Virus record (IMG/VR): IMGVR_UViG_3300045988_115074
Location: 64,001 to 128,000 of that record
Reading direction: 5' to 3' (one strand)
Length of the DNA: 64,000 nt
Source of the DNA: a virus
Part shown: in pieces, positions 16,486 to 25,879 of the stretch
Layout: each line of letters begins with the position of its first letter
Numbering within the stretch: position 1 is the first letter of the stretch
Program-made: the position numbers and the translations under genes
The notes under the pieces: model-generated
Database searches by the model: none
Seen by the model: only the letters and a program-made list of their open reading frames with translations
Told to the model about the DNA's origin: nothing

Positions 16486-18150
16486 ATGTTATTACAATTA
16501 CCCATCAGGAATGAAAAAGCCAGTATTACTCGACCAATCGTACTAAAGGTGGTACGAGACTTAAAAGAATACTTAGATATCTTTCCTGATAATATTAATA
16601 TTATTTACATTGACGAAGAAGGTGTACGTAAAGAGAATGGTACTGCTACACATGAATTAGGTAAAGAAGGAATCAATACGACCTCTAATCCTTTAATTAC
16701 TTTATCGGTTACTGAGGAGTATCGTAATAATACTTTCTTACAATACCAACATTACGACCAAGAATTCCATCCTTGTTTTTTACATGATAAAACTCAAACA
16801 TCTATTACACCTTATTATTCAGATGTAGAAATGCGTTTGAATATTTCATACAGAGCACCTTCTAAGGCTGCTGCTAGAATGTGGTTAAATAGTATCAAAT
16901 CAAAGATTAGAAGATACAGAGACGCATACCCACATAACTTAGAATACTCATACGAGATACCTGAGCAATTCATTTACGCTTTAACTGAAGTCTATCGTTT
17001 GATTCACAATCAAGATAAAACCATTGGTAATGTAGCTGATTGGTTTCAGCAATACTTTATTAGAAGATTCGGTACAGCTTCTGATTCAGCAGGTATCAAT
17101 ACTATCTTTGTAGTATCTGAAATCCAACAACAAGTATTTGGTTACTTTAATTTCGATGGCATGATTGAAGAAGGTGATAAGGCAGATGGTGCTACTTCTT
17201 GGGTAGTTTCTTTTGATTATCTATTACGTTATCAAAAACCTACTGATATTTCTATTTGGGTACCTCGTACCATTTACAATCAAGTATTACCTGATTCCAT
17301 TATGGGTGTAGATGATGAAGGTGAGGTAGAGACTACTAAACCAGATGAAGTGAAGTTTCCTGAAAATCAAACTTATTATACCAATTCAGGTTATTTCTTA
17401 GACCAGTATTCTTCTATTCGAGATAATGCCGAATGGGGTTATTATAATGGTATTGCTGTACCTAGGTGGAATGAATTCCAACCATTACAATCACATTCAA
17501 TTGTTGGGTTAGAGAGATTTGTAGACCAATTAGTATTATTCTTACCTGAAGATAAAGAAGGTGATTTAATCTTAGATTTAAATAACCCACAAGGTTACGA
17601 TATTGATGAAGATTTAAAAGCTTTCATTGTTTCTGAAAAAGACTACATGTTACACAAAGGAAAGTCTGTATTCCAGTTATGCGTATACGAAAATAACGCT
17701 ATGTTAAGAAGAGACTTTATTAAGATTGATGAAACAGGTAAAGTATATCTAAATGGTGAGATTGATATTGCTAAGATTTACAATATTCGTTTAGGTATTT
17801 ACCATGATTGGAAATACTTAGATACAGACGCTATTGAAAGATTGAAGAAATGGTGTCGTGAAAAAGGTAAATGTCACTTCTTTACCTTTAAAGATAGATA
17901 TGCTTATAACGAATGTCAATTGGGTATTCGTCGTCATCCTGATGATAGATTCTTTAAAGAAGTAGAGTGTGTTAATGATAAGTATTCTGAACTTTACTTT
18001 AAAATCATTGAATACATTGCAGGTAATAGAATGCCTGACATGGTTAAGAATAACCGAAATTGGGGTAAAGACCACCCATCTATTCTTAATACACACAAAA
18101 CTGTACAAACATTCAATACAACCAATATTAGCCATCCTAAGGAGAGGTAA
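16486..18150 (+). CDS. hypothetical protein (554 aa), first of a four-gene coupled operon
   Basis: Long ORF with AAAGGA RBS; the downstream starts abut the upstream stops. Confidence 0.85.
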   Translation: MLLQLPIRNEKASITRPIVLKVVRDLKEYLDIFPDNINIIYIDEEGVRKENGTATHELGKEGINTTSNPLITLSVTEEYRNNTFLQYQHYDQEFHPCFLHDKTQTSITPYYSDVEMRLNISYRAPSKAAARMWLNSIKSKIRRYRDAYPHNLEYSYEIPEQFIYALTEVYRLIHNQDKTIGNVADWFQQYFIRRFGTASDSAGINTIFVVSEIQQQVFGYFNFDGMIEEGDKADGATSWVVSFDYLLRYQKPTDISIWVPRTIYNQVLPDSIMGVDDEGEVETTKPDEVKFPENQTYYTNSGYFLDQYSSIRDNAEWGYYNGIAVPRWNEFQPLQSHSIVGLERFVDQLVLFLPEDKEGDLILDLNNPQGYDIDEDLKAFIVSEKDYMLHKGKSVFQLCVYENNAMLRRDFIKIDETGKVYLNGEIDIAKIYNIRLGIYHDWKYLDTDAIERLKKWCREKGKCHFFTFKDRYAYNECQLGIRRHPDDRFFKEVECVNDKYSELYFKIIEYIAGNRMPDMVKNNRNWGKDHPSILNTHKTVQTFNTTNISHPKER

Positions 18151-19506
18151 ATGCCTACTTTAATTACAGATAAATATAAACCAGAACAGGCAAAACCCGT
18201 ACATGAGTTTATTGAAAAACCAAAGATTGTTCCTACTGACTTTAAAACAGCAGTAGTCGATAATAGAGTCAATCGATTAGATACCTTAATCCGTTATGTA
18301 GAGGGTTCTCACCAAAAGGTTATTTATTTTAGACAAAGATTAGGTCGAGACGATTCAGTATCACAGTATTCTCAAGATACTTCTGCTGCTCATCAACAAT
18401 ACGAAAGAATTGATGGATTAGAAATTGTGATGCAATCTGGTTTGTCTACTTCCAATAATGGTAGTGATATTAGAACAACTGAGATTACAGGTGAAGCACT
18501 CATTGAACAGCCTATTATTCCCAATGTAGGGGATATTATGTTAATGGATTTTGGTAGAGGTACATTAGGTTGGTTTGGTATTAATAGTACCCGACGTATG
18601 ACTCATCGTACTAATACTTTATACGAAATTCAGTTCTCTTTGTCATTTGAGATTACTGACCAATTAAATGACCCAAGAATGCTTGACTTAAATAAGAAAA
18701 CTGTAGAGGTATTCAAGTATTCTAAAGACTATTTAAAAGCAGGTCAGAATCCTTTAATCTCTCCTAAGAAAGCAGCTTTATTTGAAGAGCTATTAGAAGA
18801 GTACGATAGATTAAGAGTATTGTGGTTTCGTAAGTTCTATTCCCGTATGCTAGAGACTTGTGTATTACCGAATCAATCACATATCACTTACGATGGTTTT
18901 TACATGAAAGCTATTCGTAAATGGTTTAGTGTGTGTAATACACCAGAGATGATGTATTTTAAAATCTTTGATGATTCTCAATTCTCTATTTTAAAGAATC
19001 CTAGTATTTGGGATGTTATCCATACTCGTGATAAATACTTACTGAAAGAAGTATTCACTAGAGCAGTCGCTGTACCATCTAGTTCTTTTAGTAATATCCC
19101 ACAGTTTGCTATGATTCGTTTTTCAGGCTTTGGTTGTGTGGTTATGCCTGTAGAGGTAAGTTATACCAATGAACTCTATTTAAACCATAAAGACATTATT
19201 GGTAAAGCTATTGTCATTAACAATGATGTTTCTAAAACTAGAATGCATACTTACCAAGGTATTCCTTTAATCAATCAAGTACTGATGAACGATTCTTACG
19301 TATTTTCTCGTGACTTCTATAAAGATTCTTTAGAAGGACAATCTCACTTAGAATTACAACTAAGAAAATATCTTAATGACGATACATTAGATATTGAGAC
19401 TATTGAAGCATTGGTAAAAGACGTAGAAAATTGGGGTGAAATGGAACAATACTATTTTATTCCTACTCTGATGATTTTAATTCACTATGGTGTAAGGAGA
19501 ATGTAA
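18151..19506 (+). CDS. hypothetical protein (451 aa)
   Basis: The ATG immediately follows the upstream TAA; AAGGAGAGG SD. Confidence 0.85.
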   Translation: MPTLITDKYKPEQAKPVHEFIEKPKIVPTDFKTAVVDNRVNRLDTLIRYVEGSHQKVIYFRQRLGRDDSVSQYSQDTSAAHQQYERIDGLEIVMQSGLSTSNNGSDIRTTEITGEALIEQPIIPNVGDIMLMDFGRGTLGWFGINSTRRMTHRTNTLYEIQFSLSFEITDQLNDPRMLDLNKKTVEVFKYSKDYLKAGQNPLISPKKAALFEELLEEYDRLRVLWFRKFYSRMLETCVLPNQSHITYDGFYMKAIRKWFSVCNTPEMMYFKIFDDSQFSILKNPSIWDVIHTRDKYLLKEVFTRAVAVPSSSFSNIPQFAMIRFSGFGCVVMPVEVSYTNELYLNHKDIIGKAIVINNDVSKTRMHTYQGIPLINQVLMNDSYVFSRDFYKDSLEGQSHLELQLRKYLNDDTLDIETIEALVKDVENWGEMEQYYFIPTLMILIHYGVRRM

Positions 19507-20124
19507 GTGGAAGAAAAAAGAAGATATCTTACTCGTGATGAAATGAATTCCTCTGTTTATCGTTTATTCAATACACCATTTGTTGTACGAGTAGCTTATA
19601 TTGATTTAATTGACATTGGTGAAATCCAACGTTATGGGATGATTACATCAGGTGATGAACATGATGATAGATGTAATGCTCACGAGAAAGTTACTGTAGC
19701 TTTGAAGATTCCTAAACTATTAGAATTATTTAGAAAACAAATTCCATTTTACTTAGTCGATTCTAGTCAAGAACATTTGATGTACACGATTATTCATGAA
19801 CACTTAATTGAGTGGCGAGAATATGTAGAAGAGTGTAGAGGGATTAACCATTTACTAGGTAAAGTCCCCTTTAAGGATTTAAGGGATTTATCTGAAATGG
19901 CTACAGTGATTTATAAAGTACGTGACCGTAATAATGATAGAGACATTACTGAAACCATTAATGCGATTAATCAATCCTTTAGTGTTAGTGGTGTGTATAC
20001 AGGTTACGATTTGTTCACTCGTGAGAAAGAGAAAACCGAGCTTATCGAAGAGATGAGAAACCAACAAGAGATGGCACCTCATTTAGTAGAGATGGGTAAA
20101 ATTTCAGAAAAGGTTAGAGGTTAA
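19507..20124 (+). CDS. hypothetical protein (205 aa), GTG start
   Basis: The GTG directly follows the upstream TAA; TAAGGAG SD. Confidence 0.75.
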   Translation: MEEKRRYLTRDEMNSSVYRLFNTPFVVRVAYIDLIDIGEIQRYGMITSGDEHDDRCNAHEKVTVALKIPKLLELFRKQIPFYLVDSSQEHLMYTIIHEHLIEWREYVEECRGINHLLGKVPFKDLRDLSEMATVIYKVRDRNNDRDITETINAINQSFSVSGVYTGYDLFTREKEKTELIEEMRNQQEMAPHLVEMGKISEKVRG

Positions 20125-20126
20125 GT

Positions 20127-21467
20127 ATGTTTGATAACATGACCAATCCAGCTAATGGTGAAATTATCAAAATAGCAAAAGGTAATTCACCTGCTTCTTA
20201 CGATTATACACAGGCTTATATACATGTTATTAAAAAGAATGTGACTTATCGTACTTTAAAAGTCTTGTCTTTAGATATTTCAAGAGACTATGATAAAAAC
20301 ATAGCAGATGAAATCACGATTGAAGTAATGTTATCTCCTGGTATTTGGGCAGACATGATTTATCCTTATATTGACGATATTGAAATTACCGTACAAAAAT
20401 CACCCAGTGCGATTAGTACGTATCAAACTATTCAACGGTATAAAGGATACTGTAAGAATCCAATCAATGTTCGTAAGGTAATGGCTATTGCTCAAAATGC
20501 TTCCACTGAAGACTTGAATAAAATGGACGTGATTAAGATAGACTTTCAATTAGTGCCTATCTTAGTAGAAAAATTATTGACTATTCAAGCAGGGACTAAT
20601 TTTGTAGATTGTCGTGTAGATGAAGCATTGGTGACTATGCTGATGAATGAAGGTTCTAAGATTGAAGGTTTAGACAATCAAGATACATTACAAGGTATTG
20701 ATATTGTCGAACCTGATAACCAAGATACTTATCGTAATATTCCTGTACCACATACTACCCGTTTAATTAATCTACCTAATTACTTACAAAAGTTTTCTTA
20801 TGGTATTTATAAAAAAGGATTAAGTCATTATATCCAAAATGGTATGTGGTATATCTATCCTAAGTTTGGTTTAGATAGAAGAGATAATAAAATACGATAT
20901 GTGAATATCTTTGTTACTTCTCGTGATTTATTACAACATACACCTGTTACTTATCGAATAGAAGGTAATGACCTTTATATTATCGGTACAATAGAAAATG
21001 AATCAGTAGATAATAATTCAGCTAAGTTATTGAATCATGGTAATGGTTTAAGAACTGTTAATCTTAATGTACAAGATACAGACGATGCTGTAAAAGTAGA
21101 TGGTAATAAAGCACTAGTATCTCGTGGTCAATCTGTTAATGAGTTTATCATTAACGAATCACCCAATAACGTAACATACGCGCCATTGGCACAGGCTAAA
21201 ATCAATACCAATGTGTACGAACAAGTCTCTACTCTAGAAGGTAAAGTAGGTAAACTCTATTCTGTGGTTTGGAATAACTCTAATCCAGATTTAGTTAAAC
21301 CTGGTTCTATTATGCGTATCCATTATACAGGTGAGAAGAATGAGCAATTAATGCTTGAAGGAGTGTTACTAAAAGCACACCATTATACACAAGCTACTGG
21401 TCAAGGTATGACTTCTACTGCTTACGAAACCACTACTGGTTTGTTTATCTTTTGTAAAGAATATTAA
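20127..21467 (+). CDS. hypothetical protein (446 aa)
   Basis: Long ORF 2 nt after the upstream stop; terminator at 21474. Confidence 0.85.
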   Translation: MFDNMTNPANGEIIKIAKGNSPASYDYTQAYIHVIKKNVTYRTLKVLSLDISRDYDKNIADEITIEVMLSPGIWADMIYPYIDDIEITVQKSPSAISTYQTIQRYKGYCKNPINVRKVMAIAQNASTEDLNKMDVIKIDFQLVPILVEKLLTIQAGTNFVDCRVDEALVTMLMNEGSKIEGLDNQDTLQGIDIVEPDNQDTYRNIPVPHTTRLINLPNYLQKFSYGIYKKGLSHYIQNGMWYIYPKFGLDRRDNKIRYVNIFVTSRDLLQHTPVTYRIEGNDLYIIGTIENESVDNNSAKLLNHGNGLRTVNLNVQDTDDAVKVDGNKALVSRGQSVNEFIINESPNNVTYAPLAQAKINTNVYEQVSTLEGKVGKLYSVVWNNSNPDLVKPGSIMRIHYTGEKNEQLMLEGVLLKAHHYTQATGQGMTSTAYETTTGLFIFCKEY

Positions 21468-21473
21468 TAGCGA

Positions 21474-21507
21474 ATACAGGTACCCTAAATGAATAGGGTA
21501 CCTGTAT
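21474..21507 (+). terminator. intrinsic terminator
   Basis: 13-bp stem atacaggtaccct / agggtacctgtat, then an AT-rich tail. Confidence 0.7.
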
Positions 21508-21517
21508 ATTTAATTTA

Positions 21518-21567
21518 TTTTAAACCTATATTATTTAATTGATGAGATATTCCTTTGATATATATCT
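21518..21567 (+). promoter_or_regulatory. consensus promoter core plus leader hairpin (P5)
   Basis: ttttaaacctatattatttaattg, then agatat/atatct. Confidence 0.5.
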
Positions 21568-21592
21568 TATCTATTCCATGAAAGGATATAAA

Positions 21593-21886
21593 ATGGATGT
21601 AAATACTGATTTAAATATTGGTGATAGACCAATGTTAACGAGACAACATTCTAAAAGTAGGTTAGGTAAACTTTCATTTTACTTTGATGAAATTAATAAA
21701 CCTATTGAAGAGAATGATAGAATTGAAAAACTGGATATAAAAGCACAAGCAATTGTAGACAGTGAAGACGATAGTCGTCAGGAATTTATTGACAAGGAGG
21801 TTACTAAAATGCTCCTTGGTGATAAAAATGCACTCTATGTTATTAGACGTGTGAAACAACTTCTTAATCAGCAAGAAGCTCAATAG
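21593..21886 (+). CDS. hypothetical protein (97 aa)
   Basis: I prefer the ATG at 21593 (MDVNTDL...), preceded by AAAGGA. The listed start at 21539 lies inside the promoter/leader hairpin. Confidence 0.7.
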   Translation: MDVNTDLNIGDRPMLTRQHSKSRLGKLSFYFDEINKPIEENDRIEKLDIKAQAIVDSEDDSRQEFIDKEVTKMLLGDKNALYVIRRVKQLLNQQEAQ

Positions 21887-21936
21887 CTGAAAGCTCAACA
21901 GGAAGCCAATTAAACTCTTAAATAAAGGAAACCAAA

Positions 21937-23439
21937 ATGATTAAAGTAATTGCATTTGAAGGTAGCTCTAACGTAGGTAAAACTACCTTGATTAAAGCTT
22001 ATGCTAAAAAGCTACAAGCTGAAGGTAACTTGGTATTTATCCATAAACCTACAGGTGACGAATCTACCTATGGTAAAGAATACGACATCTTCTCATTTGA
22101 AGGTGTAGATAAAGAGTATATGAAACCATACCAAGCTCGTTATCAAAAAGAACGTGAGTTTACTATTGATAATATTAATTGTTTAGCAAACATTGATAGC
22201 TTAACAAGTAATAAAGAATTCTACAGGAATATTTATATCACCAATATTTGTCAAGGAAAACTCGGACAACTACACGTAGTACGTATGCTTTTGAACAATA
22301 TCGAAACCAGTAAAGATATTTATTTGTTGGTAGATCGCACTATTATCTCTACATTGGTTTATGGCTACTCCTATAAAGGTGATGCTAATCTTGAAGATTT
22401 GGTTGTGAATAGACAGTATAGCCAAGCTTATGCTGTTAAAAACATAGTGGATGTATTTGTTAATGTTACTCGTGAAAAACCATTTAATCTCCCAGAAGAG
22501 AAATTGAATGGGGAAGAGTTTGACAAGACATTTGATGAAGAGTCTATGTCTAAACATGAACAATATCAAAAACTTTATCAACATTTCTTCGATGTAAGTA
22601 TTGGTAATCACAAAGTCGTGACTATTGATGTAGCTAACGAAGAACCAGAAACACTGGCTTCTGAATTGCATGGTTTGGTTGGTAAAGTGGAAGTTAGCGG
22701 TATGACTTGGTATGAATTCATGCGTCTGGCTAATCGTACTAATGCTACTTATAATGCAGACATCAGTAAAGCACTTTTCCATGGCATTGTAGGTATCTTG
22801 GGTGAATCCAATGAGATTTACGACAATGTAACAATTAATGCAATTGAAAATGGTGAAACATTAACAGAAGAGCAAATCCAAAACATGTTGTCTGAAATGG
22901 GCGATACTCTTTGGTACTGCGGTATCGCTTTGTATGACCTTGATCGTTTTGCCGCGCTGTGTGATATTGATCGATTTGGTACAACTGGTTACGGTAATTC
23001 AAAAGGAAAAACTTTTGATGAATTAGTCGATGATACTGGATTTGCTAATTACATTAGCAATTACATCTTAACCGGTGATCTGAAATCTATAGCTAACGCG
23101 CCGTATCGTGAAAAGGTAAAACACACAGATGATTATATTCTTGATTTGTTCCGAAGAAATCTGAAAGATGCTGTGACTGTAATCGATGATTATAAGAAAC
23201 ACTATTTCTACGGCCAACCTTTAGATTCTAAGTTGGCTAAAAATATCCTATTCTTGGTTCAGACTACTGTTGTTTATTTGAGCCGTGCTTCAGTAAACTA
23301 TGGTATGGATTTAGAGTTAATTGCAGACAGCGTACTCAAAAAACTGAAAGCTCGTTATCCTGAAAAGTTCTCGGTAGAAGATAGCATCAACCGAGATTAT
23401 GCTAAGGAATCTCAAGCTTCTGGTTTATTAGGTAAATAA
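21937..23439 (+). CDS. fusion protein: Tmk-like dNMP kinase (N-terminal) plus MazG-like NTP pyrophosphohydrolase (C-terminal)
   Basis: P-loop IAFEGSSNVGKTT and VDRTIISTLVYG resemble thymidylate kinase. C-terminal GILGESNEI ... EMGDTLWYCG resemble MazG-type motifs. Confidence 0.7.
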   Translation: MIKVIAFEGSSNVGKTTLIKAYAKKLQAEGNLVFIHKPTGDESTYGKEYDIFSFEGVDKEYMKPYQARYQKEREFTIDNINCLANIDSLTSNKEFYRNIYITNICQGKLGQLHVVRMLLNNIETSKDIYLLVDRTIISTLVYGYSYKGDANLEDLVVNRQYSQAYAVKNIVDVFVNVTREKPFNLPEEKLNGEEFDKTFDEESMSKHEQYQKLYQHFFDVSIGNHKVVTIDVANEEPETLASELHGLVGKVEVSGMTWYEFMRLANRTNATYNADISKALFHGIVGILGESNEIYDNVTINAIENGETLTEEQIQNMLSEMGDTLWYCGIALYDLDRFAALCDIDRFGTTGYGNSKGKTFDELVDDTGFANYISNYILTGDLKSIANAPYREKVKHTDDYILDLFRRNLKDAVTVIDDYKKHYFYGQPLDSKLAKNILFLVQTTVVYLSRASVNYGMDLELIADSVLKKLKARYPEKFSVEDSINRDYAKESQASGLLGK

Positions 23440-23445
23440 GTATTG

Positions 23446-23488
23446 GACTACTACGGGGATAAAACCTCGTAGTAGTCTATTATTTTTT
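23446..23488 (+). terminator. intrinsic terminator
   Basis: 13-bp stem (one G-U) gactactacgggg / cctcgtagtagtc, then tattatttttt. Confidence 0.75.
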
Positions 23489-23549
23489 GTCTTTTTATCG
23501 GGCAATTCTATGAGAATTTATATTTACACCCCTAATAGGAGTATCCTAA

Positions 23550-24203
23550 ATGAATTTAAGAATGTTGATTGAAGAACTCTCTTCAATGCCCAAAGATAAA
23601 TTACTGTACGATTCCATTAACCAACCTACTTGGCATATGTCACAAACAGGTGAAGTAGTATTAGCAGGTTCACCTTGTCCTATCCAGACAGTAGAACAGC
23701 TTTTACATAAACTAAAACTTATCCAAAAAAGAGATTTACCTTCTCAAGACTTTAGCTTTAAACGTGCTGTACATGAAGACATTGAGATTTATACTATTTC
23801 TGCAAAACCAGTAAATGGCGTCAATAAACTAAGAACTGAACTCATTACTTCTTCTACTGTTAAACTTTGGCAAATGTTCTCTACTGACCATATGTTAGTA
23901 GATGTAGCAGTAGGTGGCCCATCTTATCTTATGTCTTCTGATAAAGTAAAGATTTTAGTCAATAAACCTTATTATCAAATTCTAGGTTTAAATGGTAAAC
24001 GTACTTATTTAGAAGAATTGCTAAGTGTACATTCTTTCTCTTGGCAAGATGAAAAAGGACAAATTCAGTTCTTTAATAAAGCATACTGGGATAATTCATC
24101 TCATGATTGTCATTGTGATGATGCACCAGTTCTTGACATTAACAATAACGCAGGTGGTTTCAATACCATCCATCCATCGAAAGGAAAACACACATGCCAG
24201 TAA
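23550..24203 (+). CDS. hypothetical protein (217 aa)
   Basis: ORF with AGGAG SD. Confidence 0.8.
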   Translation: MNLRMLIEELSSMPKDKLLYDSINQPTWHMSQTGEVVLAGSPCPIQTVEQLLHKLKLIQKRDLPSQDFSFKRAVHEDIEIYTISAKPVNGVNKLRTELITSSTVKLWQMFSTDHMLVDVAVGGPSYLMSSDKVKILVNKPYYQILGLNGKRTYLEELLSVHSFSWQDEKGQIQFFNKAYWDNSSHDCHCDDAPVLDINNNAGGFNTIHPSKGKHTCQ

Positions 24204-24877
24204 AATCTACATTTAATAAAAAACCATTGATTACATTAGGTGTTATCGCTTTACTATTCATTGGTATTATCGTTATCAATGTAAGCTGTTCAGCAAAAAT
24301 GGATAAGCCACAAACCCAAACCACACAAACAGTAGAACAAAATAAACCTACTGAAACTAAACAAGAGGCTAAACCAGAAGTGAAGCAAGAGGCTAAACAA
24401 GAAACAGGTAATACTGTTGTAGAAGAAGAAGCTACTACACCAGATACACCAGATAATACTAGCAATGTAGACGATGTGATTAAACCTTATCAATTACCTG
24501 TCTTAGATATTAAAACCAAGTTAGGTTTAACTCGTGATGATAAGGACAATAAGATTGTTTCTTATTTTAACACTGCTACTAAGAATGGTAAGTTCAAACG
24601 TGTGATGTATTATATCTGTTCTCCTAAGGATACAGTATTGCCTACTAAAGGTCGTTACTTTATGTTTGACTTAGGTGCTACAGAGACTTCACGTCCTATT
24701 GCTATTAGTTCTATTAACGTAGGTGATAACTCTTACTTAGTAACAGATAAATCTAAAGTGAAAGAAATTCTGAAAGACTTAAACACTCACAATGAATTTC
24801 ATTTGATTTTAGAAAACTCTCAACGAATTAATATGTTTGTTGAACCACGTAAAACTAATACTTTACCTTGCATGTAA
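24194..24877 (+). CDS. membrane-anchored or secreted protein (227 aa) with KQEAK repeat linker
   Basis: N-terminal hydrophobic helix LITLGVIALLFIGIIVINV, a low-complexity T/Q/E/K linker, and a 10-nt overlap with the upstream gene. Confidence 0.8.
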   Translation: MPVKSTFNKKPLITLGVIALLFIGIIVINVSCSAKMDKPQTQTTQTVEQNKPTETKQEAKPEVKQEAKQETGNTVVEEEATTPDTPDNTSNVDDVIKPYQLPVLDIKTKLGLTRDDKDNKIVSYFNTATKNGKFKRVMYYICSPKDTVLPTKGRYFMFDLGATETSRPIAISSINVGDNSYLVTDKSKVKEILKDLNTHNEFHLILENSQRINMFVEPRKTNTLPCM

Positions 24878-24881
24878 CTAT

Positions 24882-24917
24882 TTACTCTACTGACCTCGTA
24901 TAGGGGCCAGTAGAGTA
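24882..24917 (+). terminator. terminator-like hairpin
   Basis: 14-bp stem with one mismatch: ttactctactgacc / ggccagtagagtaa. Confidence 0.6.
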
Positions 24918-24930
24918 ATAAGCTATTTTA

Positions 24931-24987
24931 ATTTAAATGTATACTATTTAAATGGTAATAGAGAAAGTGTTTAACTCTTTCTCTATT
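24931..24987 (+). promoter_or_regulatory. consensus promoter core plus leader hairpin (P6)
   Basis: atttaaatgtatactatttaaatgg, then an 11-bp stem aatagagaaag/ctttctctatt. Confidence 0.5.
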
Positions 24988-25016
24988 TAAGTTTATTAAT
25001 AAATAATAAAAGCGAC

Positions 25017-25052
25017 TACTCTATACTCCTGTTACAGCAGGAGTATAGAGTA
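25017..25052 (+). promoter_or_regulatory. 15-bp perfect-stem hairpin in the 5' leader of the small ORF at 25081
   Basis: tactctatactcctg / caggagtatagagta with loop ttacag. No T-run follows on the + strand. It sits 18 nt upstream of the AAGGAGGTGA SD. Confidence 0.5.
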
Positions 25053-25080
25053 AAACATGTCGCGGAAAGGAGGTGAAAAA

Positions 25081-25221
25081 ATGGATATGTATTTAGTGCA
25101 AATCCTTCAGAACAAAGTTCTGTGCGGTATAGAACTTTCAGATAGCGAAAAACGCTATCTGGAAAAATACGAACAGTCGAAAAACGACGTGTTCGCTAAT
25201 TGGTTAGCAAATAATTACTAA
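25081..25221 (+). CDS. small protein (46 aa; 54 aa if the in-frame ATG at 25057 is used), not in the ORF track
   Basis: Strongest SD in the window (AAGGAGGTGA), own promoter (24931) and terminator (25231). Sequence: MDMYLVQILQNKVLCGIELSDSEKRYLEKYEQSKNDVFANWLANNY. Confidence 0.6.
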   Translation: MDMYLVQILQNKVLCGIELSDSEKRYLEKYEQSKNDVFANWLANNY

Positions 25222-25230
25222 CCTCACCAA

Positions 25231-25267
25231 AGAAAAGTAATATTAGCAGTATTACTTTTCTTTTTTT
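25231..25267 (+). terminator. intrinsic terminator
   Basis: 12-bp stem agaaaagtaata / tattacttttct running into a T-run. Confidence 0.75.
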
Positions 25268-25306
25268 CCTTTCATAGTAAAGAAGTTAAAGAATTAATTA
25301 ATATTA

Positions 25307-25350
25307 ATTCAAATCTATATTATTATATTGAAAACGATTGATATAATCGT
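25307..25350 (+). promoter_or_regulatory. consensus promoter core plus leader hairpin (P7)
   Basis: attcaaatctatattattatattg, then acgatt/aatcgt. Confidence 0.5.
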
Positions 25351-25384
25351 CTTATTGTCTCACTTTATATAAAGGAATCTTACT

Positions 25385-25867
25385 ATGTTTAAATATATCA
25401 AAAACCAACTCATCAATCTGGTTAACAAAAACAATCAACCAAAAGAATTTGGTGAGTATTTTAATAATGCTTACCATACGCCTAAAGACATCTATAAGGA
25501 TATTATTAAGAATATCCAATACTGGTTAAACGAGGAAGAACCTCGTTGTAAACAAGTCAAATTCAAAGTAGCTGAACCAGTGTATGGTACAGATGGTTGT
25601 ATTCTTAAAGTAGATATTAAAGTCTATATTAAGGATGCTCACACTGGTACTATTGAATTTGAATTGCATGACAATGCAGGATTCAGTAATCACGAACATT
25701 ATTCTATCTTGAAGTTTGCTCAAGATGAATACGTTATTTCTACTTATAACGAATGTTATAAAGCAGAAGATATCTTAGATAAGATGGAAGATGCTTGCCA
25801 TCGTATTTCTAAGAAGGTATCTAACCACATTGATGTGGTAGATGATTTGTATAAAACCATTAAGTAA
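25385..25867 (+). CDS. hypothetical protein (160 aa)
   Basis: Full cassette upstream: promoter, hairpin and CTTTATATAAAGGAA. Confidence 0.8.
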   Translation: MFKYIKNQLINLVNKNNQPKEFGEYFNNAYHTPKDIYKDIIKNIQYWLNEEEPRCKQVKFKVAEPVYGTDGCILKVDIKVYIKDAHTGTIEFELHDNAGFSNHEHYSILKFAQDEYVISTYNECYKAEDILDKMEDACHRISKKVSNHIDVVDDLYKTIK

Positions 25868-25879
25868 AAGGAGTATCAA

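Noticed and set aside
24160-24465. 101-aa minus-strand hydrophobic ORF, plus 24290..24493
   Set aside because: It is antisense to the low-complexity repeat linker of 24194..24877 and has no RBS. Its composition mirrors the repeat.
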